In this document: positions 26,336-35,988 of the stretch, one piece after another
How the letters are laid out: every line of letters starts with the position of its first letter
How positions within the stretch are numbered: the stretch's first letter is position 1
Assembly: GCA_903904885.1 (NCBI GenBank)
Contig: CAIVED010000037.1
Coordinates: forward strand, 2,032 to 66,031
Source: an uncultured archaeon
Lineage (GTDB): Archaea > Nanobdellota > Nanobdellia > Woesearchaeales > CAIVOO01
Length of the DNA stretch: 64,000 nucleotides
Direction: 5' to 3'
Made by a program: the position numbers and the translations under genes
Notes under the pieces: model-generated
Seen by the model: the letters and a program-made list of their open reading frames with translations, nothing else
Databases searched by the model: none
What the model was told of the DNA's origin: nothing

Positions 26336-26752
26336 ATGCCGCAAGAGTTCTCAGCGGGGCTGATAGCCTTTATAAGGGCTGAAACCATTAAATTCCTGCT
26401 TCTGAAATACCCGAGGGGCTATTTCAGCTTCTCAAGGGGCGCCATTGAGCCAGGTGAAGACAGCCGGACAGCGGCCATAAGGGAATTCAGGGAAGAAACA
26501 AATCTTGAGCCGGCAAAGATATTTGACGGGTTCAAGGAGCTGGTTGGATTATTCTACAGAAAAGAGGGCAAGATAGTCCACAAGGACATAACGTTTTATC
26601 TTGCCGAGGCAAAAGAAGGTGAAATTAAATTGACAGAACATTCTGATTCTGGATGGTTCACGTTTGAGGAAGCAATGGAAAAATTGCAGTTCAAAAATGA
26701 CAAGGAAGTTCTGAAGAAGGCGAATGAGTTTCTGGAGAAGTATTACTGCTAA
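26336..26752 (+). CDS. Nudix hydrolase (Ap4A hydrolase-like)
   Basis: GAIEPGEDSRTAAIREFREETNL Nudix box. Confidence 0.9.
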   Translation: MPQEFSAGLIAFIRAETIKFLLLKYPRGYFSFSRGAIEPGEDSRTAAIREFREETNLEPAKIFDGFKELVGLFYRKEGKIVHKDITFYLAEAKEGEIKLTEHSDSGWFTFEEAMEKLQFKNDKEVLKKANEFLEKYYC

Positions 26753-28080
26753 CGTTTTTTATTTTCTTCCTGCCATTGCCTTATGTGCTTCCCAAAGTCT
26801 TTAAGCCCTGCCCACCCGCTTTTTTCAGGCTTCCACCCGAGAAACTTAAGCACAATCTCCATTGCTGCTCTGCCAGGCCCAAGGTCAAGAAGCGGCAATG
26901 AAACCAGTTCGCCGGTATCTGCCATTGCTCTTAAAGCGTTCATACCCTTCGCAAATTCTGCTTCCCACACCCTGGGAGAATAATAAACTTTGCCTTCGCC
27001 AAACAAAGTAATGCCACTAACTATATCTGACAGCAGAGGATAGTAAGGTTTGGCCGCACAGGGGGTTATTCTTAACAATGAAAACCCCTGTTCAACCTGA
27101 AGCGCAGGATAGTTTCCTCCGACATCAGGATCATCGCACAGCCTTTTGTTAAACTCCTCCCATTCTTCAGGAGTTTTCAGTTTGGTTCCAAAAACATGAT
27201 ATGCATTGCCTGATAAAACCTCTGCGGCAGGCCCAAGGCCAAAAAATGCTATAGTGTCTGTTGCATCATCACCCGACGCGCATTCTTTGAAGTCAATCAT
27301 CGGGATGTGCATGACCCGCCCATCAGACATTATAACCTTTGATGCCAGCCCCACAGCAAAATCCGGAGTTAAATTTCTTTTCTTTATCTCATCATCCAGT
27401 ATCTCGATATCAACACCGTCGTTATTTGGGACTGCTATCACTTCAAATGGGGCATTTGGCACCAATATTACATCGTCACTGTTTGTTGCCAGCCGGTTTG
27501 GGCTGTAAATAACAAAATGATATGTTTGTATATCCGGGTTGTATGGCAAAATTTGATTCAGCAGTTTTCGTGTCGATTCATTTACAATCCCCTCCCTTGC
27601 AATTATTTCCTCCAAAAAAATGTGCTCCACTGAAAAAAAGTTGTCCAATGGCGAAGGATACATTCCCTGTTCCTCCATAAAACAAGCAGTGTTATCCCAG
27701 TACGAGTCTAGAAGTTCTTCAATATTATGAGGCAGCTTTATGCTGTACAGACTGCATGCCCTGGCAAGAGAAACCGCATTAAACACCTTGCTTCCCAACT
27801 CAGATTCTTCGGTGAACTCTTTTTCAGCAATCCTGTAGCCGAGGGGTTCCAGCGCGTTTCGGATATTCTGCTTGTCTTCATCTCTGCCTAATCGCCTGAA
27901 CACAACAAGTTTTAATCCGGAATGCAAAGCGCCGGCGCAAAGACTACGATTTTTTGGTTTAATGGTAAACGCATGCTTCGAATCCCACCCAATCTCATAT
28001 CCGGGAAGAACCCTCTTTAACTGGTCGTTTACTTTAACGCCTTCTTCCAATAAGGTTCCAGGATATTGTGAAACATTCAT
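26749..28080 (-). CDS. hypothetical protein with putative AEP (primase-like) domain
   Basis: HIPMIDF, SGNAYHVFG and GFSLLRIT resemble AEP motifs I-III. Confidence 0.55.
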   Translation of the reverse strand: MNVSQYPGTLLEEGVKVNDQLKRVLPGYEIGWDSKHAFTIKPKNRSLCAGALHSGLKLVVFRRLGRDEDKQNIRNALEPLGYRIAEKEFTEESELGSKVFNAVSLARACSLYSIKLPHNIEELLDSYWDNTACFMEEQGMYPSPLDNFFSVEHIFLEEIIAREGIVNESTRKLLNQILPYNPDIQTYHFVIYSPNRLATNSDDVILVPNAPFEVIAVPNNDGVDIEILDDEIKKRNLTPDFAVGLASKVIMSDGRVMHIPMIDFKECASGDDATDTIAFFGLGPAAEVLSGNAYHVFGTKLKTPEEWEEFNKRLCDDPDVGGNYPALQVEQGFSLLRITPCAAKPYYPLLSDIVSGITLFGEGKVYYSPRVWEAEFAKGMNALRAMADTGELVSLPLLDLGPGRAAMEIVLKFLGWKPEKSGWAGLKDFGKHIRQWQEENKKR

Positions 28081-28192
28081 TTAACCACCCGGTAAAAATA
28101 AGAGAAGAGAAGATATTTAACCTTATCGCCAAAGAGGGCTAATCTTTATAAACAAAACTTCATTTTTATGAATAAAAACGAGGTGATATTAA

Positions 28193-28387
28193 ATGGCAAA
28201 AGGAAAAGATGAGTGCTGGTGCAAGTGGAAGATGAAGAAAGGCATTTGCCTGCTTGTTATTGGCGTATTGGTCTGGTTAAACGAGATGTACAGTTGGACC
28301 AGCCTGGGAAAGTTGATTGCAATCATTGCAGGTGTTCTTGGAATAATAATGATTCTCAAGGCAGCATTCTGCAAGTGCAGGAAGTAA
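28193..28387 (+). CDS. small two-TM membrane protein
   Basis: 64 aa with two hydrophobic helices, a GAGGTG RBS and a T-rich 3' flank. Confidence 0.65.
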   Translation: MAKGKDECWCKWKMKKGICLLVIGVLVWLNEMYSWTSLGKLIAIIAGVLGIIMILKAAFCKCRK

Positions 28388-28444
28388 GTTCTTTTTTATT
28401 ATTTTTTATTTTATTTCTTTTTCAAATTAAGAAAATAAAAAAAA

Positions 28445-28819
28445 TTATTTTTTTGGACTTCTGTAAACTGCCCTTGGTCCCCTTGCCCTTGGAACGCCAG
28501 GATGGCGTTTATAAACTGCGCGCATCTTAGGCGCTTTTTCTTCTGAAAATTCTATTCCCAGATGGCCTGCAGAGCGGGCCAGGCATTTGTCCCATAAGTT
28601 TGCAACTAATTCCTGGTCTCCTTCTCCTTTCTCAATCATAAGCCTATAAGCTTCTGCAAGAATTGCATATCCTCCAGGCTTATTTATTGTTAGTGCTGCA
28701 TCAAAAGCTTCCATTGGATCTTCTCTGGCAAGCAGATGCAGCTCGCTTGCTGCATTTGCAATATCCCCGACACATTGCACTGTACGATTAAAAATCCTTA
28801 AATCCTTGGCATCTCCCAT
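28445..28819 (-). CDS. hypothetical protein
   Basis: 124 aa ORF with a GGAGGG RBS. Confidence 0.55.
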   Translation of the reverse strand: MGDAKDLRIFNRTVQCVGDIANAASELHLLAREDPMEAFDAALTINKPGGYAILAEAYRLMIEKGEGDQELVANLWDKCLARSAGHLGIEFSEEKAPKMRAVYKRHPGVPRARGPRAVYRSPKK

Positions 28820-28872
28820 TATTCCCTCCCCTCTCTTGTCTCTCCAAAAGTCAGAAAAATCTATAAACCTTT

Positions 28873-29787
28873 CTATGGCAACCTTTTCGCCAGCTCATCC
28901 AATTCCTTGACAACCAGTTCAGGAGTGTAGCTTTGCAGTTTCTTAACTAAGCCTTTCTCAGAAAGCATCTTGACAGTAAGTGGAATTGCAACCCCATCAA
29001 CAGTCTTGGCGTCTTTCATGTGCAGCCCGAACGGCGCTCTGCAGAGTTTTCCAGAAGGGGTTTGCGACGGATCTATGTTTATTGCGCCCTTTATCTGTTC
29101 ATGCCCTCCCACAGCATTTATCTTTGACTGCTTTTTTATTTCCGCAGCCCACCTTCCAGTGAAGCTCTCAAGCGGCAAATCCTTTTTGTGTGAAATGTAT
29201 TTTTCGTAATCTGAATTTGCAATTGTTTTTTGCAGCAGCAAATAAACATGGAAAGAGCTTCCAGTCCACATCACAAAGGTCTTGAATTTGAACAATTTAT
29301 TGAACTCGGAATCTTTTTCAATCAGTTCAACAAGCAACCTTGCAACCTCCTGAGCTTTTTCAGCAGGCAAATCGCTTTTGTCAATGTCAAAGAATATCCG
29401 GTCAATGTTCCTGCCGGCGCTTTCGCCGTTTGTTGCATAAAAGAAGTCAATCAGTTTGCGGGGGACAAAATAATGCCATACCTTCGCTTCCTTTTTGCTT
29501 AATTTTGATTCCGCGTCCTTGAGGTTTTCAATGCCTTTCCTAACCTCCAGCAGATGCTCTGTTGCGCCCTCGCACAATTCCTCGATAAAAAGCGGCTCGT
29601 CCTTGGAGCCGCGCCTGATAAAAAAAGGAAGATTCCCCGAAGGCAGCCATATCTTTGCTGCCAGCTCTTTTCCTTTCAGGTACCTCTTCAATTTCTGCGC
29701 CACAATCCCGTAATAAAGAAGGACATCGGTATGCTCATACGGATGAAGAATGTTTTTGCTCTTTTTTGCCAGGTCAGACAAACCCAT
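28873..29787 (-). CDS. AEP-superfamily primase-polymerase (LigD polymerase-domain-like)
   Basis: DRIFFDIDK (DxD), WTGSSFHVY, IDPSQ..GKLCRAPFGL. Confidence 0.75.
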   Translation of the reverse strand: MGLSDLAKKSKNILHPYEHTDVLLYYGIVAQKLKRYLKGKELAAKIWLPSGNLPFFIRRGSKDEPLFIEELCEGATEHLLEVRKGIENLKDAESKLSKKEAKVWHYFVPRKLIDFFYATNGESAGRNIDRIFFDIDKSDLPAEKAQEVARLLVELIEKDSEFNKLFKFKTFVMWTGSSFHVYLLLQKTIANSDYEKYISHKKDLPLESFTGRWAAEIKKQSKINAVGGHEQIKGAINIDPSQTPSGKLCRAPFGLHMKDAKTVDGVAIPLTVKMLSEKGLVKKLQSYTPELVVKELDELAKRLP

Positions 29788-29864
29788 AGAATCTATGAGG
29801 ATTCGTGACTTTTTAAATGTTTTTAGTATTACTTATAAACTAGAAAAACATAATAACCGCTAAA

Positions 29865-30413
29865 ATGTGCGGAATATCACCAAAATCCGGCAGGTTATTT
29901 GATGAATTAAAAGAATTAGATAAGTCAAAAGAAAAGGAGGCGTGTAAGCAACTGATTTTAGAAATTTTAAATGATTATCATTCTCTCGTAAAACACCCAG
30001 AATATAAAGCAAGCGACGGGAGTGAGGCCTGTATTTTAATCGATATTTATCAAAACTATAGAAACCTGGCATGGGAAAAAATAATTAACACATTTATTCT
30101 TATCGCACAAACATGCCCTCATTTTTATACTGATTTCTTCCAAAATGTTTCAGGTTATACTGTAAAAATTTTAGAAAATTCCAGCAAGCAACAAGAAAAG
30201 TATTTTCTAGACAAACTGGAAAAATCAGATAATTGTTATTTGTTGGCATTTGGTTGGGAAGGAACGTTTCATACAAAAAATAAGCGTTCAAAAAAATTTG
30301 GAGAGCTTTTCTCAAAATTTTGTGAAGAACACTTAAAAGGAGGCAGGGACTACAGAACTTCAGACTACTCCCATGTTTTAAGCAAAATTAAAAAATTTGA
30401 TAACTTTTCTTAA
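29865..30413 (+). CDS. hypothetical protein, AT-rich
   Basis: 182 aa ORF that is visibly AT-richer than its neighbours. Confidence 0.55.
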   Translation: MCGISPKSGRLFDELKELDKSKEKEACKQLILEILNDYHSLVKHPEYKASDGSEACILIDIYQNYRNLAWEKIINTFILIAQTCPHFYTDFFQNVSGYTVKILENSSKQQEKYFLDKLEKSDNCYLLAFGWEGTFHTKNKRSKKFGELFSKFCEEHLKGGRDYRTSDYSHVLSKIKKFDNFS

Positions 30414-30829
30414 AAATAATCCTCATAGCAGAAATTCCTGTTTTGCTCGAATGTGCATGTGCCTTTGTCTTCGATAAGGTTTCCCTCGAGAAATTCCTTG
30501 TACTTATTTACAAGCGAACAGCATTCCGTGCACCGCCTGAACTCTGTGCCTATTTCAATCTCAAAATTCTTTTCATCAATTTTAACCAGTTTGCAGGGGG
30601 TTGTGGCATTTTCATTGAACTCTCCGAAAATTGCTTCCATAAATTTATTGTCGGAGAAAACATCGGAAAGAGCCACCTGCAGGACGCATTTCTTGGGGGA
30701 TTTGAAATTCACCACATTCTTTTTTATTTTGATGCATCTCTGGGTTCTGAGCTTCTCCTTGTTCTCCTCTGCCTGCTTTGCCAGCTGGCCCGGGAGCCTG
30801 ATGCTTCCGTCAGGGTTGAATTCTACCAT
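30410..30829 (-). CDS. hypothetical protein
   Basis: MVEFNPDGSI start, Cys motifs CTEC and CTF, 11 nt from the upstream gene. Confidence 0.65.
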   Translation of the reverse strand: MVEFNPDGSIRLPGQLAKQAEENKEKLRTQRCIKIKKNVVNFKSPKKCVLQVALSDVFSDNKFMEAIFGEFNENATTPCKLVKIDEKNFEIEIGTEFRRCTECCSLVNKYKEFLEGNLIEDKGTCTFEQNRNFCYEDYF

Positions 30830-30840
30830 CTTTTCAGAAA

Positions 30841-31815
30841 TTATACGTAAGCTCCTCTTTTTCCCTCAAGGCTCTTTCCTTTTTTGCAGGTCTCTTCCTG
30901 CTTCTTAAGTTCCCTTAGTGACTTGTAAAAGAAAAATCCAAGGATTGCAAATGTTATAACCGGCGAAAGCCAGCTTGGAAGCTCATGGCCGAATCCGTCT
31001 ATGAGCATTATGACACCCAATGCAAGAATCGAGTACATTGCCCCGTTTTTGAGATATTTGTATTTTTTCACCCGGTCAATATTCCCCACCGTAAGCTGCC
31101 TTACAACCAAAGCCCCAATGCCGTTGCCAAGTATTATCAGCGGAACCGCGAGAGTGAAGGCAAAAGCCCCCAAAACACCGTCTATTGAAAATGTTGCATC
31201 AATAACCTCAAGATAAAGTATCTTGCTCCAGTCGCTCAATGAGGAGTCCTTGTGAAGCATCTCATGCTCTGAACGCTCGGCATTCTGCTTGAAACCGTGG
31301 GTTATGAAGAATGCTGTGGAACCGACAACTGCGCCAAAGGCAACCAGCGGGTTCATTTTCATTGCAAACCAGATAATAACCATGAGAATTACTGAGATTG
31401 TGGCGAAAAACCATACAGACTCCCTTTCAAAGAATCTCTCTACGTGAAGCCCATAGTTTTTCGGCTCCATGAAAAGCCAGTGAAAGAATAGGAAAAGGAG
31501 GAAAATCCCGCCGCCAAGCATTAGTATTGGCTTTGCGGCCTCTATTGAGCCGACAATTGATGGGTTTGAGCTGAATGTTGCAGTTAGAGAGCCAATGAAA
31601 CCCAAACTCGGGTCAGTAAACCAGATTATGAGCCAGGGAAGGAGACCCCTTACGATAAAAACAGCAAACACCAGCCCCCAAATAAGGAACCATCTTTTAG
31701 CCTTATTGGACATTGTACCGAGGACTTCTGCATTAATTACCGCGTTGTCAACGCTGCTCACCACCTCAAACATGCAGAGGCCCAGTACGATAAGTATTAG
31801 TGTGAATATCTCCAT
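30841..31815 (-). CDS. TerC/DUF475 family integral membrane protein
   Basis: FEVVSSVDNAVINA, YLEVIDATFSIDGVLGAFA, LKNGAMYSI. Confidence 0.88.
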   Translation of the reverse strand: MEIFTLILIVLGLCMFEVVSSVDNAVINAEVLGTMSNKAKRWFLIWGLVFAVFIVRGLLPWLIIWFTDPSLGFIGSLTATFSSNPSIVGSIEAAKPILMLGGGIFLLFLFFHWLFMEPKNYGLHVERFFERESVWFFATISVILMVIIWFAMKMNPLVAFGAVVGSTAFFITHGFKQNAERSEHEMLHKDSSLSDWSKILYLEVIDATFSIDGVLGAFAFTLAVPLIILGNGIGALVVRQLTVGNIDRVKKYKYLKNGAMYSILALGVIMLIDGFGHELPSWLSPVITFAILGFFFYKSLRELKKQEETCKKGKSLEGKRGAYV

Positions 31816-31887
31816 GAGACCTTGCTAATCAGTTATATTTAAAAAATTTTCCATATTAAAGGTATGCTGGGGCGATGAGATAAACAT

Positions 31888-32481
31888 ATGATAACCAAAA
31901 ATACCCCGCCGATAGAACTTCTACCAAAAACTGGCATTAACTACATAATTGAATTCTACTATGAGTTTAACCAGATAAAACAACTTCTGAGGCAGGGCTG
32001 GCTAAAGAGGGGGCTTCCCGAGGAAAAATGCGAAAGCGTGGGAGACCACATACTCGGAGTTTATTTTTTAGCCTTGATAATAAACAAGGAATATAACCTC
32101 GGTATGGACGACTACAAGCTAGCCCTCCTTTCACCGATTCATGATTTGCCGGAAGCAATTGAAGGCGATCCCACTCCTCACGACGGAATTCCCGAGAACG
32201 AGAAAATCAGAAGGGAAACCGAGGCAATGAGGCGTCTTTTCCGAAATTTTCATTCTCCAGAGAAGTATCTTGCACTTTGGGATGAATATGCCCGCCAGTC
32301 AACGCCTGAGGCAAGGTTTGTGCGCCAGGTTGACAAGCTCGAAATGGCGCTCCAGGCAAGCATCTATGAAAAGCAGTACGGCAAAGACCTTTCTGATTTT
32401 TTTGTCGATGTCCGGTCAAAGCTCCAGGAACCTGCACTTAAATCAATACTGGAAGAAATAATTACGCTTAGGGGGCGTTAA
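31888..32481 (+). CDS. HD-domain hydrolase (HDDC2/YfbR-like)
   Basis: LRQGW..ESVGDH, IHDLPEAIEGD, VRQVDKLEM. Confidence 0.9.
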   Translation: MITKNTPPIELLPKTGINYIIEFYYEFNQIKQLLRQGWLKRGLPEEKCESVGDHILGVYFLALIINKEYNLGMDDYKLALLSPIHDLPEAIEGDPTPHDGIPENEKIRRETEAMRRLFRNFHSPEKYLALWDEYARQSTPEARFVRQVDKLEMALQASIYEKQYGKDLSDFFVDVRSKLQEPALKSILEEIITLRGR

Positions 32482-33398
32482 CTTTTTTGCTTCAGTTTTT
32501 TCCTCAGCGCTCCTATAATCTCGCATTTCTTGCAGATGCTCCTTGCAGACGGCTCTCCGCAGATTTCGCAGGAGCCTACAACATCGTTGCTGTAGTTTGC
32601 CTTTTCCTTGTTTAGGGTGTCAAGAAAGAAATTCACAATATTGTGCTTCACCGACGGATGCTTTTTCTCAAATTCCTCCAGAAACGACCTGAAATTTCTC
32701 CGGTAGGCATCGACAGAGCAGGGGCACCTTTCGTAATTGACAGGGAATTCCATAAGCTTGGAATAAGCAGTTGTCTCCTTTTCTGTGCAGAGATAGAGCG
32801 GCTTGACTCGTTTCACAAAAGCGGAATTACCGCCGGTGCCTGTAATTGGCCCCTGCCTTCTTGCCAAAGCAACGTCATTCCTGAAAATGTTCATCAAAAA
32901 TGCCTGGGCTTCATCATCAAGGGTATGGCCGGTTGCAACGGCATCAAATTTCATTTCCTTGGCATATTTGTTGATTAAATACCTTCTTAATACGCCGCAG
33001 ACCATGCAGGAGGCAAATTTCTTTTCCTTTTTGCTTCCGTTTAAAATAGAAGTGATGTAGCAGAGCGAGTAGCCGAATTCCTCCTTGAACCCGACAACTT
33101 TTAAGGGTATTCTGTATTTCCCGCAAACACTCTTTAGATTTTCAAGATTCTGCTTTGTGTAGTTGCCTATGTAAGCATCGACAGTTATCCCAGTTACATT
33201 GTATTCGAGCTTTTTCAGGACATAAAGCAAAACAGTTGAATCCTTGCCTCCTGAAACAGCAACAGCGATTTTGTCCTTATGGATGAAGAGTTGGAATTTC
33301 CTTATTGTTTTCTGGACCTTTTCCTCAAAATACCTTTTGAAGTGCGCTTTGCAGAAACCTGAGCATAATTCTTCTTTTCCGCATTTGACGCATTTCAT
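32478..33398 (-). CDS. ttuA: tRNA 2-thiolation protein (TtuA/Ncs6 family)
   Basis: CxxC..CxxH Zn finger, AVSGGKDS PP-loop, CMVCGVLRR, ATGHTLDDE, CP, and a C-terminal CxxC..CxxC. Confidence 0.88.
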   Translation of the reverse strand: MKCVKCGKEELCSGFCKAHFKRYFEEKVQKTIRKFQLFIHKDKIAVAVSGGKDSTVLLYVLKKLEYNVTGITVDAYIGNYTKQNLENLKSVCGKYRIPLKVVGFKEEFGYSLCYITSILNGSKKEKKFASCMVCGVLRRYLINKYAKEMKFDAVATGHTLDDEAQAFLMNIFRNDVALARRQGPITGTGGNSAFVKRVKPLYLCTEKETTAYSKLMEFPVNYERCPCSVDAYRRNFRSFLEEFEKKHPSVKHNIVNFFLDTLNKEKANYSNDVVGSCEICGEPSARSICKKCEIIGALRKKLKQKS

Positions 33399-33421
33399 AA
33401 CAGAAAAACCATTATAGAAGT

Positions 33422-33898
33422 TTATAAAGGCTTCGGCAGCTCAAACTCTTTCACAAAAACAAAGCGCAACTCATCATTGTCCATGTAAGAACCTGCATTC
33501 CTGAACCCCAATTTTTCATAGAACTTAATCAGTTTTTCCCTGCAGTCGAGCCACATGCCAGTTCTGCCCTTTCTGGCGCTCCACTTTTGGCAATTGTCAA
33601 TTAAATTTCTGGCAACGCCCTGGTTTCTGTAGCCAGGATGCGAAGCTATCCCGGCAAGGCATGCATAATTTCTGATGCTATCGCCAATTATCTTGCGGGC
33701 CTCAGCATTACATTCTGAACAATTGATGCCTGCATAACCAATCATAGTATCATTTTCCGCAAGAAATATTTGCTGGTCTGGCAGGTATAAATAATGTATT
33801 ACTCTGTCCTGAGCCCAATCTTCAGTCCTATTATCCGCAATCTGCATTAAACGCACAAGATTGGCTATATCGTTCTTGGTTGCATTTCTTATTCTCAT
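33422..33898 (-). CDS. GNAT family N-acetyltransferase
   Basis: IRNAT, HPGYRNQGVARNL, FYEKLGF. Confidence 0.9.
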   Translation of the reverse strand: MRIRNATKNDIANLVRLMQIADNRTEDWAQDRVIHYLYLPDQQIFLAENDTMIGYAGINCSECNAEARKIIGDSIRNYACLAGIASHPGYRNQGVARNLIDNCQKWSARKGRTGMWLDCREKLIKFYEKLGFRNAGSYMDNDELRFVFVKEFELPKPL

Positions 33899-33949
33899 GA
33901 GCAGGCAAGCTAACAAAGATTTTTAAAATTTGCTATTATATATCTAAGT

Positions 33950-34498
33950 ATGAAACTTTTGGTAAGAAAATTATGGTTTCCGTTTAGCGTGGAAGAGAGT
34001 ATTGATGCCCTTTTCAAAATACCGCAGGTTGGAGAAGTATTTAATGAGGACTGGGCTTATGATGGGGAGATGATACCAAGGGGGTTTAAGCTTGGTCCCC
34101 TATACTGGTCCGCGGACAAAATTCTTGAAAAAATGCCTTTTTCTGAAACAGATATCTATCTTGTGATAACCTCTACAGACATCAAACGGGACAAGGACTA
34201 CATTGACCCAAAGTATGATGAAACAGTCCATAGAGTCCATGGCATGGGGAAAAACAGAAAAGCGCTTGCAACAAACTGCTCTTTTATCGGGGGAGATAAA
34301 ATTAAAATTTTTAATCCAAATTATGTTGATTTCAATGCAATTGTATTCGGTGAAATAGGCCATGCGCTTGGGCTTGACCACCATGAATTTGACCCATCCA
34401 ACCCATGCAATATGTCTCATAGCGACAGGCCACGTGCTGAGTGGACACATTTAGAAGATATCCGTTTCTGCAGCAATTGTTACCAGAAAATTAGATAA
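33950..34498 (+). CDS. archaemetzincin-like zinc metalloprotease, variant Zn motif
   Basis: GEIGHALGLDH, CNMS Met-turn, FCSNC. Confidence 0.7.
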   Translation: MKLLVRKLWFPFSVEESIDALFKIPQVGEVFNEDWAYDGEMIPRGFKLGPLYWSADKILEKMPFSETDIYLVITSTDIKRDKDYIDPKYDETVHRVHGMGKNRKALATNCSFIGGDKIKIFNPNYVDFNAIVFGEIGHALGLDHHEFDPSNPCNMSHSDRPRAEWTHLEDIRFCSNCYQKIR

Positions 34499-34544
34499 TC
34501 CCGTTCATCCCAACCTTTTTAAAATCTCTTATCATACTGTCAGC

Positions 34545-35093
34545 GTGACAGAAAACTGCGACTGCTGTGAAAGCGCCCATGATTTCTTTGAAGGACTTAG
34601 GGGCCCGAATTATAGTAAAACCGGTCTACTGCTCGTTTTGCACCATTCAGATTTCCGGGCTTTGACTCCAACACTGCCCGGATTTGACAAGTATGAAACT
34701 ACACTTTGGCAAACTGCAACAGGCATATTTCTCAGCAAAATACTAAATTTTTGCCATCTTTCGCCTGATGATGTTTACATAACTAATTTAGTCAAATGCA
34801 TTTTTGACAGGAAGCTGAAGCCTTCAGACTATGATACTTGCAAATTGTTGCTGACAGAACAAATGTATGATGCTAGTACAAGGGCAATAATGCTGTTTGG
34901 ACAAAAGCCTGCACAAAGCGTACTCTGCGAAAAAAGACTTGAGGATGTTTTGCATAAACCGACTACCTGGTTTGACAAACCAATAATGGCATTAAACCAC
35001 CCTTCAGCGCCCTGGCTGAGGTCTGAAGAGTGGGCAATAAAAGAATACGAAGCTGCGAAGAAACTTCTTGAAATCGCAAATATAACACGCTGA
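34545..35093 (+). CDS. uracil-DNA glycosylase superfamily protein (family 4-like, divergent)
   Basis: VYITNLVKC, IMLFGQ, NHPSA. The GEAPG-type motif A is not seen. Confidence 0.7.
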   Translation: MTENCDCCESAHDFFEGLRGPNYSKTGLLLVLHHSDFRALTPTLPGFDKYETTLWQTATGIFLSKILNFCHLSPDDVYITNLVKCIFDRKLKPSDYDTCKLLLTEQMYDASTRAIMLFGQKPAQSVLCEKRLEDVLHKPTTWFDKPIMALNHPSAPWLRSEEWAIKEYEAAKKLLEIANITR

Positions 35094-35166
35094 AATTGCT
35101 ATTGAGTTATATTCCTCACTGTCTTGTATATAGATAAACATTTTAACAACCCCAGCTAACTAAATC

Positions 35167-35484
35167 ATGCTATACGCCCCTCCCAAGCCCTGGAGCCAGG
35201 AGGGTTCTGGCCACCTCAAATATTCTGTGGCAAAAACAGCTGTTATTCGTCTTGACGGCCTTGCTTTCCTTGTCCAGCAGCAGGTAAAGGATTTCAAATA
35301 TCCATATTATTATACGGTTATACGCGGGATTGTAACTGCGCCCAATCCAGTGCCTGACTGCAACGGCGGGGGAACTCTGTATGAACTTGCTCCTGCCGAC
35401 CCAAAGTACAAAGCTGACCTTGAGGGCCTGCTAAGAGAACATAATTTTAAAGGGCACTTGGAGTTCAGTCGATTTCTTTCCTGA
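35167..35484 (+). CDS. hypothetical protein
   Basis: 105 aa ORF. Confidence 0.5.
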   Translation: MLYAPPKPWSQEGSGHLKYSVAKTAVIRLDGLAFLVQQQVKDFKYPYYYTVIRGIVTAPNPVPDCNGGGTLYELAPADPKYKADLEGLLREHNFKGHLEFSRFLS

Positions 35485-35542
35485 CAATAAGAAGGTTTTT
35501 AAGTTTTTCTGCATTAGGATAATATGAGGGCAGGAGAGTAAA

Positions 35543-35953
35543 ATGGATAAACAATTTGATGGTATTGATAATGCATTGAAAGATGGCTGCAAACTATTCA
35601 TGTTCTGCGCATCACCCCATAACAAAGTCAGGGATGTTCAGTTCAGAGATCCTGACGAAAGGTTAATTGTCTCGGTTGGAGCACCAGACCTTATTACTGC
35701 ATTGAATTTGGCTTCAGAGATTTACCTCATCGGGTACAAATATGTAAAAGGCAATTCAGGATCTCCAACCCCTCTGGATCAAGTTGATAGTTGGGTTTTA
35801 AGCATGCAGGAAGTTCATGGAAGGTACAGAGATGGAAAAGTATGCCTTAATGCAATATCCATCAATACTGATGGAATAGTTGCTTCTGCAGAAGGACCTA
35901 CATTTGAAGAAGCATATTCCAAATTGGATGGCCTGCTTGCAAACCAAAAATAA
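35543..35953 (+). CDS. hypothetical protein
   Basis: 136 aa ORF with a GGAG RBS and a T-rich 3' flank. Confidence 0.55.
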   Translation: MDKQFDGIDNALKDGCKLFMFCASPHNKVRDVQFRDPDERLIVSVGAPDLITALNLASEIYLIGYKYVKGNSGSPTPLDQVDSWVLSMQEVHGRYRDGKVCLNAISINTDGIVASAEGPTFEEAYSKLDGLLANQK

Positions 35954-35988
35954 TCAATCTATTTCTTTTTTTACTTTAATTAATAAAT

